64,000 nucleotides of DNA, from assembly GCA_951406725.2 (NCBI GenBank), contig OX597824.1:30318001-30382000 (forward strand), read 5' to 3'. The notes beneath the pieces were generated by a model that ran no database searches, was not told where the DNA came from, and saw only the letters and a program-made list of their open reading frames with translations. This stretch comes from Octopus vulgaris. Its lineage: Eukaryota. The translations under genes were made by a program, and so were the position numbers. This document shows, piece by piece, positions 36,208 through 50,120 of the stretch (the first letter of the stretch is position 1; every line of letters begins with the position of its first letter).

Positions 36208-36298
36208 TGTGGTAGAATTCTCTTCAGCTGTTTTAAAACAATTTCTGGGGTTTTCACTTGTGTGGTTTAAGTCTCCCTTGAGTAAGAGATATCTTTGT
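36208..36298 (-). CDS. BTB-BACK gene exon (end of BACK region): (R)QRYLLLKGDLNHTSENPRNCFKTAEENSTT
   Basis: Acceptor tttttgtatcag|A, donor ACA|gtaagg. At 91 nt it converts phase 2 to phase 0, exactly bridging the neighbouring exons, and it contains the PR motif that typically follows BACK. Confidence 0.8.
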
Positions 36299-36787
36299 CT
36301 GATACAAAAATAAGATGAACAACAACATTAATACAAAAGGCACCACTAATTCATCAAGAGGAATGACATGGTCAACTGGTTTCCACATTCACCAATTCTT
36401 TTTAAAAATCTTAAAACTTATGCTGCATAAGGTTTTGTTGTTCAGTTTAAACAGGACATTCAGTTCTATTTTTATCATATGCCTTATGTCACTTAACTGT
36501 ATTGAGTTAAGCAAATAGTCATAAATTTTTTTAACTTTGGTATTAGCATCCTACACACACACACACACACTCTCTCTATATATCACACACACACACATTG
36601 TTTTATAACAGTTGAGAATCTGTACTAAATAATATAGTAGTGTATATTTTGCAATGCTAAATGGAAGGATCTGCAACCTTTTCTTTAGAATTTATGACCC
36701 TAAGACTGTTTTTGATTAAGAATTATTTTCTTTTGTAGAGTTAATTAATTCATATGATCTATAATTTCCCTCACACATGCACAGATG

Positions 36788-36827
<40 letters not shown>

Positions 36828-36883
36828 GCGGCAAAATGAACATTTGATGTCATGTCTTAAAAGAAAACCCAAGAGAAAGTTAC

Positions 36884-37370
36884 CGAACAGATTCTGCAAC
36901 AACAATTTCACAGACACTTGATTCTCGGAACAGTTTGGCCATGGTGCAAGCATAACGCAATTCCTGCATGGTCATTTGGGTGAAGCGAACGTGTTTAATA
37001 AGACTTGAAAAATAATTCTTTCGATTCTTGAAGCTATGGTAGGTCCATTTTAGTAAGTTGTCAAGCACCTCCAATTCCCATCGTATATTTAAGTTGTCAC
37101 TTGATAAAAGTCTTGACAAAACATTGATCTCTATTTTCATGTAAAGTTCATGTTCACAAACTTTACTGAAGTTATTCTCAACGAACTGGAAAGCCATACG
37201 AAAAACTTGATTTGAAAGCGGTATGTTTTTGGTTAAAATAATTATTAGAGCTTGTTCTAAATCCATATCTTGAATGAAATTAGTGCAAAGTTCACAGATA
37301 GTTGGGATTTTCAAATCCATTGCGGCCATGGAAACTTCGGCAACATTCGTTCTTTTCAAACCCAGTTTAC
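36884..37370 (-). CDS. BTB-BACK gene exon: end of BTB plus BACK domain
   Basis: (YT)GKLGLKRTNVAEVSMAAMDLKIPTICELCTNFI...FVENNFSKV...LLSSDNLNIRWELEVLDNLLKW...LIKHVRFTQM. Acceptor ggtttcag|GT, donor CG|gtaact, phase 1 to 2. Confidence 0.92.
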
Positions 37371-38419
37371 CTGAAACCAAAATTTAAGAAAAATCAATTA
37401 TAAAATCTTGTTGATGTGGTAGTTGAGGGGGAAAAGGTGTATTAAAATATTAATCTCAAACTTTGGCACAAGGTCACAAATCTTAGGAGAAAAGCACAAT
37501 CAATTTTAAGCAACTTAAATATTTAATCAATATTTTATTTAAGATTTGAAATCACGATCTTGTGATCATGAGTGCAACACACTAACCACTGAACCACCAG
37601 CCTACATCATAAATGATGACAATGATGTAGGGTTGTGACCTAGAGATGACTGTGTTGCACTTATGATCACAAGATTCCAATCCCGGACCAAGAGTCATAT
37701 TTCTTTCATGTTGCTCCAATTCACTCAGCAATAAATAAATAACTCTGCAAAGGACTGGCATCCTATTCAGGGGAATGTTGTGATATTGATCACTTATATC
37801 CCATGGAAACCAGATAACTGGCCCTGTGAGTCTTAGGACTCCAGGGGTTGGTGATGATATTTTATTGACCCACACCTGACTCACCAAGAGAGTAAATTCA
37901 GATTTGAAATAAAGATATAAACAGGTGCAAATAAAAACCGTCAGGTATTTTATCACTCTCTCTCTTTACTTTTTTTCTCATCTACCATTTGATAGTAGGA
38001 TATGCAGGTACTTTGAAAATGCCTCATGGAATGATGATTGTGCCCTGCATAGCTACAAGCTGTCTTTTGGCAAGGTATAGCACCTGTTCAGCTACCCTGC
38101 AAGGGATAAGGTAAAATCAAGGGACTGTAACATGGTGGTTTGCACAGTTGAATCAGAAAAGCTCAAATGAACCAACAGTACCTCTTACATTGATGCTGAG
38201 TGGAGGTATCCTAGAAGATCAACAGTCATTATCACCAAGCTCTATGAAGTGAGTAACAGCAATACATCAATAGGAGTGGTATCCATGATTATATAATCAG
38301 CAAATGAAAGATTCACTATGACTCAAGCACTCAATTCAAATTCATAACAATGGAATTGGATTGCAACAGTCATGGGAATCCACAAGAGTAGCAGAAAAAT
38401 TATGTATAAGCATCAGAGT

Positions 38420-38825
38420 AAATTCAATATAAGAATGCATATGTTTTATTTCAACAAGACAATGCAAAGCTGCAAACCACCAGAAAGACCAGCAACCAGA
38501 TTGGAAAACAGGACAGTGTGGAAGTTCTGCTGCTTCCAGTCTATAGTCCAGACATTGCTCAACCTGACTACGGTCTCTTCTGATCAATACAATACTTTAT
38601 GAAAGGTCGCCATTTTGAGTCATTCAATGAAGCATATCAAGAATTTTTCGATTCAAAGTCGAAGGATTGGTACTTTGACCAAATCTGTAAGCTTGCAGAT
38701 CATTGGCAGAAGGTCATGGTAAATGATGGTCTTTATTTTGAAGAATAGTTGTTGCTTTTGAATAAATTCTTACATAAAAAATCATTATTTTAACACAGTG
38801 CACAAACTTTTTCCTCAACCTGGTA
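38420..38825 (+). mobile_element. Mariner transposase relic (3' part)
   Basis: YSPDIAQPDYGLF-like motif at ~38541-38580 and a TIR-like end AACTTTTTCCTCAACCTGGTA. Confidence 0.65.
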
Positions 38826-39425
38826 ATATGATGAGGTTGAACCAACCTAGGGTTCCCTCTTACAGCTACACCATTTAAAAGAAAGCCTTTATGTGATTGC
38901 TCAACTTGCCAGAAATAGCAGCCAAACCTCACTCAGTCTTAAAAAAAGAAAAGAAAGGACACATTGAATAATGTAGTCCAAGACATACACTAAAATATAT
39001 AATGGGATTATCATGGCTGAAATGCTTTTGATCATAGCATAGGTGTGCTTGATCAGGGTTGACTGAGGGCTAACAACAACAATAATAATGTTAGTATATG
39101 AATCTTAAATGCCTCATCAAATAGTGCTGATTATAAGACATGAAATAATCCCTATAAGTCCCAATCAATTACAACTTCATTTAAATATATTGTTACTGGA
39201 AATAGCATTATTATTGATGTGCTAATTAAGACCAACTTTGAATTTATTTGTATCATATTCCTAGCAATAATGTCAATTATTTCCACTAAGCCTTCCTCTA
39301 ACTGCTCAGAAGAATAAATATATACATTTAAAAAAAAATCAGAATACAAAAATGCTGCAAACAAAAAGCATAAGCCATCAAATCTACAACTATCTGAATA
39401 TAACTATACATCAGAGATGTCTTAC

Positions 39426-39771
39426 CTGTATATATGTACTCAAGCAACAGTTCAAATATGTGTGGTTTAATGGAATCCACATATATAGTTAAACGCTTGT
39501 GGTGATTGATATATCTCTCAGTTATGTTGCGGAAAATGTAACTATTGCATGCGAGCATTATACTATGTACCATGAAGTACTGATTTCTCGATGCAACTAT
39601 TGTGTCACAGAATTCACCCTTCTTCCTGTCATTGTTGACAAATTGAAACATCTGAGTTAAATAGTTGATTTCTTTCTTAGAGACATATGTAGTTTGTTCT
39701 TCCTCAGAGACATATGGAGGTTTTTCATTTGGGACTGGTTTCCGCCGACCTTGACTGAATCGTGTACCCAT
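39426..39771 (-). CDS. BTB/POZ-BACK domain protein (Kelch-like/BTBD family), first coding exon
   Basis: MGTRFSQ...DRKKGEFCDTIVASRNQYFMVHSIMLACNSYIFRNI...IKPHIFELLLEYIYTG fits the BTB consensus (FCD, HxxxLAxxSxYF, FxxLLxYIYTG). Acceptor ccttag at 39777-39778, donor CAG|gtaaga, phase 1. Confidence 0.92.
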
Positions 39772-39893
39772 AATTCCTAAGGAAAACTTTGAAAAGAAGA
39801 TTAACAAAATATAAAACAAGGACAAAGAAAAAGGAGTTGAACATTGAATCAAACTAAGAATAAATTTTAAATTCAAGATAGTTTGATGCTTAA

Positions 39894-40093
39894 ACCCACA
39901 GCATTTAAACTGGCCATATCCAGCCCAAATATTCTACCTGTTCTATGTTCAAACCAGCGAGATCTTGTCATTTCACATCTACTCTACAATGTCATTCTAA
40001 AAATAAACAGTCACGCCATTGAAATTTTAATACTACAAGATAATGCTTGATTAATTTTAAACAATGTGAATAAATAATCTGAATGCTAAAGGG
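39894..40093. mobile_element. piggyBac-type MITE (degenerate left end)
   Basis: Right end GAATGCTAAAGGG-TTAA; left end TTAA-ACCCACAGCATTT. Confidence 0.55.
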
Positions 40094-42438
40094 TTAATGA
40101 AAGATCTTACTATTCTGTAAATGATGCAGTTTGACAAATTGATCGCCATTTTTCTGACCATTATTCTTGAGAGGGTTGTGGGAACAGAATCCTCAATTAT
40201 CTCCTCTATGGAGACCTATCAAAAGCAACCATCATTACACTTTCCTGCTGGGTTCCAAGTATGACCAAATGAGACTATGGATATTATTCAGCCATTTTGC
40301 TCATAGTCTTTCCCTAGGTTTCTTGCTGGATGGTTCAGCTTGAAGAATTAATTTGGTGATTCTCTTCTGGAGCATCTTATAATAATTCTGCTTATCATTC
40401 CATTACTTAGCCCATTGGTAATACTTTCACATGATTAGAGAAAAAGAGGGAGAAAGAAAAGAGGGAGAAAGAAAAAGAGTGAGAGAGAAAAAGAGGGAGG
40501 GAGAAGCGTCTGTGATGCGAAGTAGAGGGGATATAATTGTAACGCTTTCATATAATTAGTTGAAGGGAAAGAAAGGAGAAAGAAAAAGGAGAAAAAGAGG
40601 ATAAAACAGAGTTAGACAAGAAGAGGGGGAAAGAAAAAGAGGGAGTGAGAAAAACGGAGAGAAAAAAAAGAAAGAGATAGAAGCATCCGTGACATGAAGT
40701 AGAGGGAACATAATATTATGTGGTTAAAAAAGTTAGTTGAAGGTAGTGATGATATAGAGGAGGAGAATTAAAAATATAATTTTAACAGAGGGGTGAGGTT
40801 CTGATGGTGAGGTTAAAGAAAGGCACAGAGAGAGAGAGGAGGGAGATAGGGGGAGAGATGGTGGTGGTGGTGGCAGTGGTGATTGGATAGTGAAAACTGC
40901 ATTTTTTTTTAATTGAACTACTATAAATCTGTTCCTTTCAACATATTTTATTATCTCTTTCTCTCTCTTCACCTCAGAATTATTGTGTCTTCTTCTAATC
41001 TTCTTCAATTGTAGATGCCCTTTTAGGCCCAAAGTTTTGAAAGTTGTAAGGCAAACCTCAATTGTGTTGGTGCCATATATACAAAAAACAAAACAAAAAA
41101 AAAAACAGGTATCCTGCGAATTCTGCAAAGTTGTTGGTGTTAGAAAAGATATCCAGCCGTAAAACTCTGCCAAAGATATTGAAGCACAATGTGGTCCTTT
41201 GACTAGTTGGATCCTATCAATATGTTGAGAGCATGCAATGTGAATCAGAGAGCAAACTGCAGCTGTGCCACTGCTTCAGATTTCAGCAGTAACTATCCAT
41301 TATCAAAACATATAACTATAATGTGTTCCAGTCCCGCAGTACAATGTATAATGCATGAATGGCTGAGGCAGATTAGATCTGTACCCAGTAGAACAGTGTA
41401 TATTCAATTTACGTTTTCCTGACTTTTGTTGGGGTGAAAATGTACTGAAGGCTACGGCATTCCAACTGATTGAAATGGTATTGAGGTTTTTTACACGATG
41501 ACTTATGTTGTACTTGATGGCATATTAGATGCACTTCAATTTCAGCAGCGCATATTCAAGCAAAGATTTTTAGTGCATTAAAGTTTATGGTAGGCCCAAC
41601 ATCGCTTATAGGACCCGGAGTGATCTTTTTAAGACCTTTTTTTTGGAGTAGAGGAACAAATGCGTCAAGAATGACATCAAATACAACTGGGTTTTATACG
41701 ACCTTTCATATACATTCTTCGGACAACTTTTATTATCAAAATATTCTAAAATATATTTCCATATACATCAGAAAAGTCGTTAGTGTTGTTGGAGCGTTGG
41801 ACACTACACTTGGCAATATTTAGCTACTGAGCTTTACGTTCTGAGTTCAAATTCTACTGAGGTTAACTTCGCCTTTTGTCCTTCGGTATTCGATAAAGAA
41901 CAATTTAAATACTGAGGATAAATAAATCAACTGATCCCTTTCCCCTAAATTTAAGCCTTTTGCTTATGTTACAAAAAGTCTTTGAGTAATTCGATACTTG
42001 GATAACTTAAGGGGGTAAAAAGACGATTTTATAAAGCCTGAAACAATATGAAAGAAAATGTTAATATATATACTTTAATAATATATATAGATACCATAAT
42101 CTTCGGGTGAATTGTTAGAGGTAAACCTCATACAACGCCAGCTTTATCCTCCTCACCATCACCATCACAACCACCACCACAGCGATCCATTACTGGCGTC
42201 ACGCACTAATGAAGGAACTTCTATGTGGTCACTTGATTTACTAGAAATAACAGCCAAGATCCCTGGGGGCGGGTCAAAGCTTAGTGTTAGACAATAACGG
42301 TGAAATGACTTTCAGGGTTAATCAACAACAGCTAATAGTCTTAGGATAATCCTAGCAGAGTTAATTCATTAATTCAGTGGAAGTATTCATTCGAGTTTAT
42401 TATTCCTAAAAGAAACCATCAGTTTTTTGTATATTTAC

Positions 42439-42600
42439 CTCTTATAGTTATCCATCAAGGAGGAGAAATTCTCTGGTAAATGTTGTTGTTCAATATTTTC
42501 AACAGCTGCAATATTTTTTGCCTCTGTTGAATTTACTGTTCTTTCAAATTGGAACGCTGGCAGACAAGGGAGACTACTTATTAACGGCTGAGTTATGTCC
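42439..42600 (-). other. Candidate 5' UTR exon of the BTB-BACK gene
   Basis: GAG|gtaaat donor at 42439 in unique sequence. Splicing to 39776 puts an in-frame TGA upstream of the MGTRFS ATG. The 5' limit is a guess. Confidence 0.3.
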
Positions 42601-44089
42601 CTTGTATTCTAACTTTTAAGTCCATATTTCTAAGTTTTTATTTTTGTGAGTTTTAACAGAATCGCAGTAAATCGACAAGGGGAAAAGGAGATCATTTTCA
42701 GTTTAATTGGAGGATTAATTTAAAATTGAATGGGCTGTGGACAAAATCCACCAACTCGGAAGTTTAAGGTGTGGTGTTCCCCATATTGCATCATACCCAA
42801 AAGCTTTATGATTTCACCATGACTAAGGTGGAGGCAATGGAAAGATTGGGCTATATATTAGTGTGAAGGTAGTGGGACATTCCAGCAGTTTTCCACGCGT
42901 CAACTTCTGATCTTCTCTCAACAATTCCATAAGTAGTAGAAAATTTCAGAGTCACTAAAGTAAGAGCAGTCAGTATATTGCAATTATTTGAGGATGAAAA
43001 TTGGAGATGCCAAAACTATAACAGGTGATAGGAAAAGAAGTGGAAACTGCAGGAAGCTATGAAGGGAGATGAAACGTACTAGAGGCACCAGGAGATTGTT
43101 GGAGTAGTCTGTCAAAGATGGCTAGGACTTTGCAACTACAGCATCATGGGGTGGAAAAATATCAATCTCAGGGTTAAGAGAGAGAGAGATCATGGTGAAG
43201 AGGATTTATGATTTAATAGAGAAAGATCATCATGTAAAAACAGTAAGATTTGCCAGGGACAATGGATACAGTGGGATCAGGCACTAGGAGTAACCACTTT
43301 CTTCTGGAGAACTCTGGACCAGAGAAAAATTTGTCTTTCCTTATGTGTGCTGTTGTTGACCTCTTGCATATCCCAAATAACTTTAAAATCTATGGCAAAC
43401 TCATCTGCTTAGGAGTGCAAAGCAACTCTTTACACCTTGAGCAAATTTTGACTAGATTCCCTGGGGTGGTAGAATCCTTACAGAAATTATCAGACAGACC
43501 AACAGAGTTAAAACCAGCAAGTAGCAGGCATAACCACTTGAAGGTATCAGATTCCTAAGGGAAGCTGATGATGCATCTAAGGCAAAAGCAGCAGTTGGGA
43601 GATTCAGGTAAATATGAAGAGTAGACTTATCTTTCTAGAAGGGTTGCTAGTATCATTGTTCTTACCAGATCTACTGCTTCTATCAAGGAAGACAAAAACA
43701 ATCCTAGTAGCTGAGCTCATACTATCCCAAGAAGAGAGACTGGACATATTTTACTGGTTGAAGAAAGACAGTTTTCAGGATTTGGTCAGAGACACTTGTC
43801 AAACAATGGTATGCAGCTTCATTCCCCATTGAAGCCAGCTGCCATGTTTTTCCCAGAATCAATCAGTATGCTATTTCCTGTAGAAGATTGATTTGCAACC
43901 CAAATAAATGAAGTAAGCGACCAAATTACTGTCATCAAATGAATGTTCTACTTCCATCTATGTTTGGTCTGTATTTGTAAAGGATGCAGCTCTGTTGTTG
44001 CAAATTATATTAGTATTGCTGTAGCTAGTGTCATTTTTGCTACCTTAGAAGTAATTGTGGGAAAACATGACAGCCAGGCAGTAAAATAT

Positions 44090-45155
44090 AATGGTGTTGA
44101 CAGCAAATGGAGCACCTGGCCAGTGGAATATGTCCTTTCCACAGAAAGTGAAAGAGTATGAACTCCAGCTTGGTCAGACATAAACATGTCAGGCAGTAAT
44201 ATATAATGAAGGTGATATAAGCATTTACCACCTCTGCTCGACCTTTCAGAAATAGCTTCCTTTCAGTCCATTTTTGGGTGAGATTAGCTTCCCTGCTCAT
44301 CACCTTGTCCCAGTTCTTCTCCACCTTGAGATCCAAACCAAACCAGACCCCAAGCAATTTAACTGGTCCCCCCATCAAGTGTTTCATGTTATTGGCCAGC
44401 ATCTCCAGGTGCTAAGCTGCAGGTGCACTAACTTTTCTCAGTTAATTTTTGCTTCTATCACTACCATGCATTCTATGTGCCTGGTACTTGACACTATGAC
44501 ACTGACTTTGTCTGTGTAATGGTTCTCTTATGTCTTAGTTGACAAGGGATGCCTTTCAATGCCTCCAATTTCATCTGTACTGGTTCTAGAACCAGCACAT
44601 ACATAAAGACAAGAGCAGAACCCTTGACTGACCAATTGTTGCTAAATGGTTTCAATAGGTAACCATTCACCCAAACTACCAAGAAGATTTTGCTGTACAT
44701 CAGAGTGATCTAGCCATGGAAAACAGGATCAAAAGTGCTACTGTGAGAGTATTAAAAGTATTGGTGTCGACCCTATCAAAGGTTTTAGATTGATCCAAAG
44801 TGATCAGGGCCCTACCCAAGCCAACTTCTTTACACACCCTGTCAATGATGCAGGTTGTTGTGGCTGGATCTGCTTGGGATGGTGCATTTTTGGGCATCAC
44901 CAATCAGTTCTTCAACAACATGCACCAACCTCTTTGCTGACACAACTCATTGGCACACATTTTGAAATACGTGTTCAGCAGCATTATGGGCCTAAAATTT
45001 TCTGACTCCTTTTGTTGAGGTCCTTTCTCAGCAGTACCACATTTACTTGACTCTCCAATTCTACAGCTGGTTGTGGTAGACATCCTGCTAAGAGGCCACC
45101 AAACAAGACTGGCATATAAAAGTAGAGCTCAAAGGGCAGATCATCCAAACCAGGC
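44090..45155 (-). mobile_element. L1/Tx1-clade LINE relic
   Basis: Fragments PGLDDLPFELY, LITLDQSKTFDRVD and VKLLGVWFG...KWTERKLFLKGRAEVVN...FHFLWKG. Confidence 0.75.
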
Positions 45156-47440
45156 AATAAATTAAATACCAGTTGCATGCTGGAGTCGATCTAATCAACT
45201 GGCCCCCACCTCCCCAAAATTTCGGGCCTTGTGCCTAGAGTAGAAAAGAATATTTACCTCAACTGTGCCAAAGAATCTCCCACAGGCAACATAAGTTTTA
45301 AAGTCCCAGACTAGTCTTAAGCATTTTTCAATCTGGACCTGTGTCACTCACTCCAGTCTCATCTTTACTGATATACATTTATGTATAATGGTTTTTCTCT
45401 TAGTGTCTTCTTGTACTTCCTCCAGTGTGTTAAGGCAGACTGTCCTACCATTCGTTGTTAAGTGCAGCTTAACATTGCTCAACACTTTTTGTGTCAACTC
45501 AACTTCTTCCCTTTTCCAACAACTATTCCCATTCTGCTTTGAGATAGAAAGGCCACTGTAGTCATTTTATTAATGTCTGTGGTGATGGTGGTGGAGGTTG
45601 CATCATTTTCAAATATATCTTGCTTGTTGCTATTGCTGCAGTCTTTTGGTTGGAAAACAATGTAATAGTGGCTATTTCAACAGCCATCACTTCCCTTGAT
45701 TTGAGAAGTCATACTGATATTTTTGCTTTAAAATATTATATTAACAAATTCACACTTAAAAGGAAAATTCTCACCAGAGCAGCTTGCCCTTTCTGCAGCA
45801 AGCTGGGTTATTTAGTCCAACAAAATATGGAATGCCAACAAATAAAATAAAAAATTTTAAAGAAAAGTTATGAGCCATGAACAAGTATCCACTCCTTCCA
45901 AACATAAAATAATAATAATAATAATAATAAAAGTCATTATAGCAGTAGGAGAAGCAATTTTCTGTTTTATTCAAATTCCACAGTCATTTCTGTTTAATAT
46001 TTTACATGCTTTGTCTTAGTGCAGAATTACTCTCCACTGAATATGGAAACAATATTTCATTTATTTATTTATCCATTCATTTATAATCTTTTTATTTAGC
46101 ATGAATAAATTGTTACATTAATTTTCAGTCACTTGTCTCATACATAGCCTCAATTACCAGATTTGTTCAAAAGCAGTAAACAGCACAGAAAAAATTAACA
46201 CAAATATAACATATTAACATAAAAAATATATACACACACACATATATATATATATACATACACACATACAAATAACGCTTTGGTTAAATAAGATGTTAAA
46301 AGTAGTCTTTATTTTTTTTTTTTTTCCAGTTCTTAATCTGTTGTAAATGAAGAATGTGAAGACAACATATCTTACAATAAATATATTCTACAGAATCTAT
46401 AAACAAAATAATAAATAAAATAAGAATAATTTGTTTTTCAAAATCTCTGCAGAAAACATTTAAAACATCATCTAAAACAATGACACAGAACATTGCCAAT
46501 TTAAAACCTGTCATTGCAATACATATATACAGAAAAAAATAAACAAAAAAGGAAGAAAAAGAAAAATGTTTTTTCAAAGATAACAGTTCTTGTTACCAAT
46601 AAAAGGTCTGGTAATTTAGGAAAGAATAACTTTTAACACCAAACTATGTCTGTATCATTTAAGTGTTCTGTCAGCTCTTCTGTAATAAAAAATCCTGAGA
46701 GAGTATTCAGATAGGGAAAATACATTTTTCTTCCAGTAGCAAAATTAAAAACCAAGCTACAAAGCAGAGTGACTGCTGTCTTCAACACAAACAACAGGAA
46801 AAGATGAAATTAGTGCCCAGTATCTGAAGATAAACAATTCAATGCCATAGCTAATCTAGCATGCCAAGTAATTAATCATTTTCCAAGATTTGTCTACCAA
46901 AGTTCCTCAGTTTAAATGCCAATGGAAAGCAAGATAAATGTGTAAAATAAGAGGGAATATAGAACCTCAAACTCTCAATAGCTGTTGGACATTATGATTA
47001 AGAGATGAGCCAGACCAGTCATGAGCAAGCTGCAGCCCACAGGAATTTTGGAATGGCATGCCAATAAAAAATTATCTTGAATTTTCCAAAGTAATGTTAA
47101 TGAACATTTCATATGGCTTGCTTCTCAAAAAAGGTTGCCCATGTGTCTATAACTGGCAGACAATATGATGAGGATAGTAAGTGCTGATAGAAGCAACTGA
47201 ACTTTTGAATCTTAGGTGTAAAGGGAGTTTTTGACTAATAGAAGGCTGATTTGCTTATTTCCATATTATACACGAGGGAGAATAAGGTTTATTGCATTGG
47301 TCACCAAAACAAACTGAAATAACAGCTATTTTATGTTGCAGCAATCACAGGAGTAAAGAAAAATTTAAACACCTGAAGAGCTTTTAAAAATTAGTGCTTA
47401 GTTGTAGATTCTTGATGTTAAACAATGATAAATCTCTTAA

Positions 47441-47661
47441 CCCTTTCATTACCATATTTATTTTGAGATGTTCTGAGTTTCTTTCAATTATTTTAAATAT
47501 CACAAAGAATTTAGTAAAATAACTTAGTTATCATTAAGCTAGTGTTAGGAACATAACTTGTGACTAATGTTTAGTGGAAAATTTTAATTCAAAACTTATG
47601 AAAACAAAACATTTGTACTACAGAGCCAGAGTTGGTTTCAGCCGGGTCGGTAACGAAAGGG
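47441..47661. mobile_element. piggyBac-type MITE with TTAA target-site duplication
   Basis: TTAA-CCCTTTCATTACC ... GGTAACGAAAGGG-TTAA (13-bp TIR, one mismatch). Confidence 0.85.
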
Positions 47662-48945
47662 TTAAGATGCCAGTCTTAGTTTGTAATTGTTACAACTTAC
47701 TTATGCTATTGTTAATAATATTAGATCAAAAGTTTTATAACTTTGCAGCAGTAATCCTTCCCAAGCCTTTTTCAAAAGTTACAGTAACATAAAAATAAAA
47801 CCAAAGTTTTCTGGTAAATAATGATGGAAATATTAGATCAAGGATCTCTTGCCACTATTAATGAAACAGGGATGGTTTTACATCTTTAAAATAAATGCAC
47901 ACAATTAAGGACATCCAATTCAAGCCATTCTGAGTCAGAATTGAAAGCCACACTTTTACAAGCCTATAGATAACAATTTAAAACTATTCATTAGAGATAC
48001 AGAGGCAATAAAAGCTATATTTCTTGAAGGTATTAATCAATTGATGGCATCACATGTAGAGTGAATGTAGGGTCAGTTAAATACTACATCTCTTTAAATT
48101 ACATTTTGCTATCAGTACAGTGTTTTGTAACACAAAACCTATTTCTTTGAGCTTATGCATATCATGTTTCAGTCCTTGGATTGCAGCCATGCTGGAGTAA
48201 TGCCTTGAAAAGTTTAGTTGAACAAACTGACCCCAGTACTTCCTCTGGTACTTATTCTGTTGGACTCTCGCTGAACTGTTAAGTTATAGGGGATATAAAC
48301 ACACCAATACACATCAAGCAGTAGTGGGCAAATACATTTAGGTCTATGTGTGTATATATACCTGACACGAGTCCCGGGCTCAACTGGCTCTAGCTGACTG
48401 TACCCGGTATGGACCACTTACCCAGGGTTACAGAAAGGAGACAACCTTCAAAGAAATCCGGAGTGGAGCCCCGTAGGCAGTTTAGTGTTTGGCTTGACAC
48501 TCTTCAGGTAGTTCCTGCAACCAAGCTGGTGCCAAACATAATGCTCTGCACTCCTTTGGACTACGTCAGCAAGGTTGAGAGAGGAATCCTGATGATTGGG
48601 CTACCTAGGATTTTCTTACATCTAGCCCAGGCCTATGCAAAACTGGAGAGGAATCTAGAGAGGGCACTTCAGTGCTGCTGTATATGAAATGTAAAAACCA
48701 GACTGGATTATTTTATGCACAACTCCATTGTCTCCCAAGACAAAAGGATGCCAACAATAACAATACACACACACACACAGTGAATTTCCACACAGTTTCT
48801 GTTTACCAAATTCACTTACATGGCAGTGGTTGGCCTGGGATTATAGTAGAAGACACTTGCTCAGAATGCTGCACAGTGGGACCTGAATACAAAACCATAT
48901 GGTTGCAAAGTGAGCTTCTTAACCACACAGCCAAGTCTGGACCTA

Positions 48946-48997
<52 letters not shown>

Positions 48998-50087
48998 CAT
49001 ATACCTATTTTATTTGAATGATGTTAGAGTGAAGATAAGATGTTGGTGTTGAAATGGAATGAAAATAATTACAATGAACAACAACAATCAAATTGAAATA
49101 CAGACTGTGAAGACATAGGTCTACCATGGTGAATAACCAGAAAGATATGCTTTTACATGGCCAGTATTTCTGTAAACTGGATGCCCTATGTATAAATAAA
49201 AGACAATCTCTGGTCTTGATGCAGAAATCCAGCATGAATGAGGCAAAAGAAGCAAGTGTTCATGATACAAAAACAGTCCGCCATCACTAGAATATTGAAA
49301 GGAATATCTACAACTCTTACAATACAGGTAATCACATGCATCATTTCTTGAGGCAATACACTGCATATCAAAATGCTGTATACTGTCACCAACAAAATAC
49401 ATTTGGAAATACAAGAGTGTAGTGATGCTGCTCTACATATAGCTGGCCATCAAATTTCATCTCTTTCAAGGTAAAGCTTTCTGGTACTTGTATGAATTTC
49501 CTCTTCTCTTGAAAATTACCTATGTAAAAACACTATGAAACTCTAGTATACAATTAGCATATAAGCTGACATTATTTACCCTTACAAACTGACAATAGCT
49601 TATTAATGATTAATATAGCAATACCAAATAATTATTATGTGTAGAAGCCAATTAAAACATCTATTTAACTGCCAAACTAATGACATTATTGTAGTTAAAG
49701 AACATGCCAATAATTCCATTTGTAATTGGCACACAGGAATAACAGAACAATTTCTAAATGGCTTTGATTAAATTATTTATAAGAACACTCATAGATATGA
49801 ATATTCTAGAAAATAACTATTAAGGTTTGTGAACGAAGTGAGGTAATTTTAATCTTGAAGATTTTTGCTAACTTTGTTTGTCATAAATACTTCTATGCAT
49901 GTTTTCTTTTGATTTTGTTATCTTTGGATACCTTTAGATTTGTTCTTCAAGATAAACTTAATTCTTGTTTATATTTTGATCAAACTGAAACAAGGCTATT
50001 TTACAGATTATTCATACCATGCACGTACAGAAGAATGACAGGCTGGCTATATCTATCTATCTATATATATATATATATATTGTAATG

Positions 50088-50120
<33 letters not shown>

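Noticed and set aside
43100-43900. ORFs 43250..43558 and 43614..43832 as exons
   Set aside because: No recognisable motif or consistent splice signals; more likely a decayed retroelement, family not assignable by eye.
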